The notes beneath the pieces are model-generated. The model saw only the letters and a program-made list of their open reading frames with translations. It searched no databases and was not told where the DNA came from. Shown one piece after another: positions 23,901-25,316 of a stretch of DNA of 25,316 nucleotides; position 1 is the first letter of the stretch, and every line of letters begins with the position of its first letter. A program made the translations under genes and the position numbers. Origin of the DNA: a virus (Duplodnaviria > Caudoviricetes). The stretch covers positions 1-25,316 of the IMG/VR virus record IMGVR_UViG_3300025723_000156; one strand, 5' to 3'.

Positions 23901-25316
23901 CGTTTCTGAATAAACCTGCTTGAACTATAGATGCTTGAGATGCATTAGTTAAATCTGTAGCATTACCTGCAACAATAATATACCCTATTTGAATAGCATT
24001 TACAGCAGTATTAGGTGCTTCGGTAAATGGTTCTATACCGATACCATTCTGAGCATCTATTAAAGATGCATATAAGGTACTACCGTAGTAAACTATAAAT
24101 GCATTGGTAGGTGAGTTTGGAATCCAGAATACACGTTGTATTGTATATCTCAGATTAGAACCATTTGTAGGTACTGTTGCTAATTGTCCTGAAGTATTAA
24201 CATACTTAGTTGGGTCTATAACAGTATATCCTGCACTACCTGCACCTGTATCAATTACTGGTGTTGAACCTGATAGGTAGTATCTATAAATCTTAGATGT
24301 GTTACTACTATTCTCAATAACAGTAGATGGGTGATTTGGATTTATAGCGTAGTTAGCACCCTCTCTATATGAACTACCTGCCGATTTAACTATGCTCATT
24401 GTAGAGCCACTAGCTATTAGAGTATGTCCAGATAGTTTTAATGGTCCAAATGCTCTAAAGAAGTCATCTGTCTTTTGTGCAGGACCGTATGATATTTGAG
24501 GTGAATTAAATACTCCTGTTGATACACTACCACTTAATGTTAGTACAACACCAATTGCTATTGAATTATCCCATTGGTTTATATCTAGGCTACCCCATGT
24601 ATTTGTCTGCTGAATAACAGCACCTGTATTATCAATACCAACATAAGTTATCTTAGCTGAACCTGAATATGTGATAGGTAGTGTTTGTGTATTCCAAGTT
24701 ATTTGTTTAACAGTTGGATACGGGTTACTTGATGTTGAAGCATTTAACGTTACTATTAGACCACTACCCGATGTTATTGTAAATGTAGTTGAACCTGGTG
24801 TTGATGTTAATACACCGCCATTTAATATACCTGTATATAGTACAGATTCAAGCCATCTTAGACGTGTTGTATTACTATATCCCTGTCCGTTTTGTGTAAA
24901 ATACAAATCTTGAGTTGAACCAGATACGTAAATATATGATGCAGATATACTAGTATCTATACTCTTAATAACAGGATCAAACTTAATTACACCATTTGTT
25001 TCCATATCCCCATATACCTTGATTGACGGTGTAGTAGGTGAAGTTGTTGAACCGGATATTGTAATACTACCTGATAGTAATGTAGTACCGTACAGAGTAT
25101 TGTTACCTATCTGATAAGTAGATCCTGTTATATTTAAACTACCAGTAATAGTTACATTTTGATTAAGTACATTCACATAACTTGCTGTTTGTGCATATGA
25201 AGCTGTTACTGTGTAAGAACTTGATACAGCATTTACTACATAACTAGCTGTCTGTGCGTTAGCTACGTACGATGCAGTATTAGCATAAGAACTTGATACA
25301 GCATTTACTACATAAC
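20962..25316 (-). CDS. Large tail fibre/spike with C-terminal S74 intramolecular chaperone; 5' end lies outside the window
   Basis: Frame stays open from the GTG at 25176 to the window edge (YVVNAVSSSYANTASYV...). Contains TASY repeats, two FN3-like modules, NxAxG beta-solenoid repeats, TSDVRTKNNV...HGFIAQDV...GLDY and a terminal coiled coil. Confidence 0.88.
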   Translation of the reverse strand, partial: YVVNAVSSSYANTASYVANAQTASYVVNAVSSSYTVTASYAQTASYVNVLNQNVTITGSLNITGSTYQIGNNTLYGTTLLSGSITISGSTTSPTTPSIKVYGDMETNGVIKFDPVIKSIDTSISASYIYVSGSTQDLYFTQNGQGYSNTTRLRWLESVLYTGILNGGVLTSTPGSTTFTITSGSGLIVTLNASTSSNPYPTVKQITWNTQTLPITYSGSAKITYVGIDNTGAVIQQTNTWGSLDINQWDNSIAIGVVLTLSGSVSTGVFNSPQISYGPAQKTDDFFRAFGPLKLSGHTLIASGSTMSIVKSAGSSYREGANYAINPNHPSTVIENSSNTSKIYRYYLSGSTPVIDTGAGSAGYTVIDPTKYVNTSGQLATVPTNGSNLRYTIQRVFWIPNSPTNAFIVYYGSTLYASLIDAQNGIGIEPFTEAPNTAVNAIQIGYIIVAGNATDLTNASQASIVQAGLFRNVGGIGSSGTNFVSATLAGLADVSITSPTDGQPFVYSTAQAKWLNQSSITASLYGTASNATSASYATTASYILNAVSSSYAATASYYGGSVVSSSYASTASLAPNYVLNSATSSMLSPYVLTSVTSSMTVATASYVQTAQTASYYVEKDPVFTAISASLATTGSNIFNGNQTISGSIFIGTSTNSGYKLDVSGSGRIQNNFGVGTLSAPGIITATPSGSGGTLTTGTYYYTLVAVDGLGNTTTTGSQASASVVSTGGTGSVALTWTAVPGVYSYRIYQGTTTAQTQYLTSSITSATDVGSGYTTGSTLPTINTTVMNYIGTGSINNFNGVNLGYGAGGINSNVVLGYNTFGSNTTGTGNVAVGYYALAANTTNSNQVAIGNNALRYKTGASNTVAIGNLALGGNNVAGGGNSIAIGSQVLQNATSAYNIGIGGGNFGAPGSPITLYALTSGGGNVAIGNNALSYITTTGNNTALGANAGTYYGTYNDATRITGATNGIYIGSGVLGGAASPSNEIVIGVNAVGNGSNTTVIGTTSTVYSKVFGNFGAGTLSAPGIITITPSGSGGTLATNTYYYTLVAVDGLGNTTVPGSQASASVTGPTGSVALTWTAVPGAYSYRIYQGTTTAQTQYLTSSTTTATDIGSGYITGSSLPILNTTSFNYIGSGSTNYLASNLSLGTLSSGANITNPIGSYLQFASNGGVSLYATNNQNLSIGAAGSGYVSITAGSGLITNNITYPNNQLQIGPGAGQRLVFVSNGAEQMRLSSLGNLLIGTTTDSGYKLDVSGSSRIVSSTVNTSSLLIVPPPQNTSGVAIWVSGSNTKGGSNYVDFIQITNTATGATNPNKFFRVDNSGSFQIISNNYATQSLSLTDGGTLTTAGGGTSDVRTKNNVCYITGSVYDTISQLKPAAFEYNIYPGVVRHGFIAQDVLTVDSDLVLGNGSEEGGTYGLDYNGILALTVKALQEATTRIEQLELQVTALLKT
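21900..23310. repeat. Internal duplication of an FN3-like module in the fibre
   Basis: GTLSAPGIIT...YYYTLVAVDGLGNT...SVALTWTAVPG.YSYRIYQGTTTAQTQYLTSS occurs twice; 22031-22101 and 23057-23127 match at 70 of 71 nt. Outer boundaries approximate. Confidence 0.92.
25214..25316. repeat. 31-bp exact direct repeat (72-bp period) in the TASY-repeat region
   Basis: taagaacttgatacagcatttactacataac at 25214-25244 and 25286-25316. Confidence 0.9.

Noticed and set aside
588-24913. Short plus-strand ORFs in the track (588, 2367, 3004, 3102, 12376, 12839, 13034, 24671)
   Set aside because: All lie antisense within well-supported minus-strand genes and have no recognisable motifs or promoters; shadow ORFs.
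25174-25176. GTG at 25176 as the fibre start
   Set aside because: The frame is open to the window edge with the same repeat style; the real start is upstream.
25214-25316. 31-bp repeat with 41-bp gap as a CRISPR array
   Set aside because: Only two copies are visible, the period is a multiple of 3, it encodes in-frame TASY-type peptide repeats, and there are no cas genes.
1-25316. Stop-codon reassignment (TAG or TGA read as sense)
   Set aside because: Long genes are intact in code 11, and TAG ends the tube, fibre and denV genes at expected positions.

Overview
AT-rich segment of a large tailed dsDNA phage with a contractile tail (myovirus, T4-like modules), read with the standard genetic code. 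Almost all genes are on the minus strand. Left part (1-6013) is replication/repair: DnaB-like helicase (truncated), RNase H/flap nuclease, denV, RecA/UvsX, gp32-like SSB, a small repeat protein, a hypothetical and an atypical compact family A polymerase. Right part (6067-25316) is tail morphogenesis: baseplate proteins, tape measure, tail-assembly chaperone, tube, sheath and a large fibre with an S74 chaperone (truncated). Two free-standing endonuclease genes flank the tube gene. Promoter-like motifs and the lack of Shine-Dalgarno sites suggest a Bacteroidota host (inference). Main signals: (1) a likely +1/-2 programmed frameshift at TTT TTT TGG joining the chaperone to a startless 90-codon frame; (2) a PolA-like protein with His at the steric-gate position and a T7-RNAP-like DSF motif C; (3) two promoter classes, one the reverse complement of the T4 late box; (4) a terminator hairpin holding that box directly before the HNH start; (5) a nuclease fused to a possible Mom/GNAT domain; (6) [ST]-[GA]-S tripeptides clustered in sheath and fibre. 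All family assignments come from motif recognition by eye, not from database searches.
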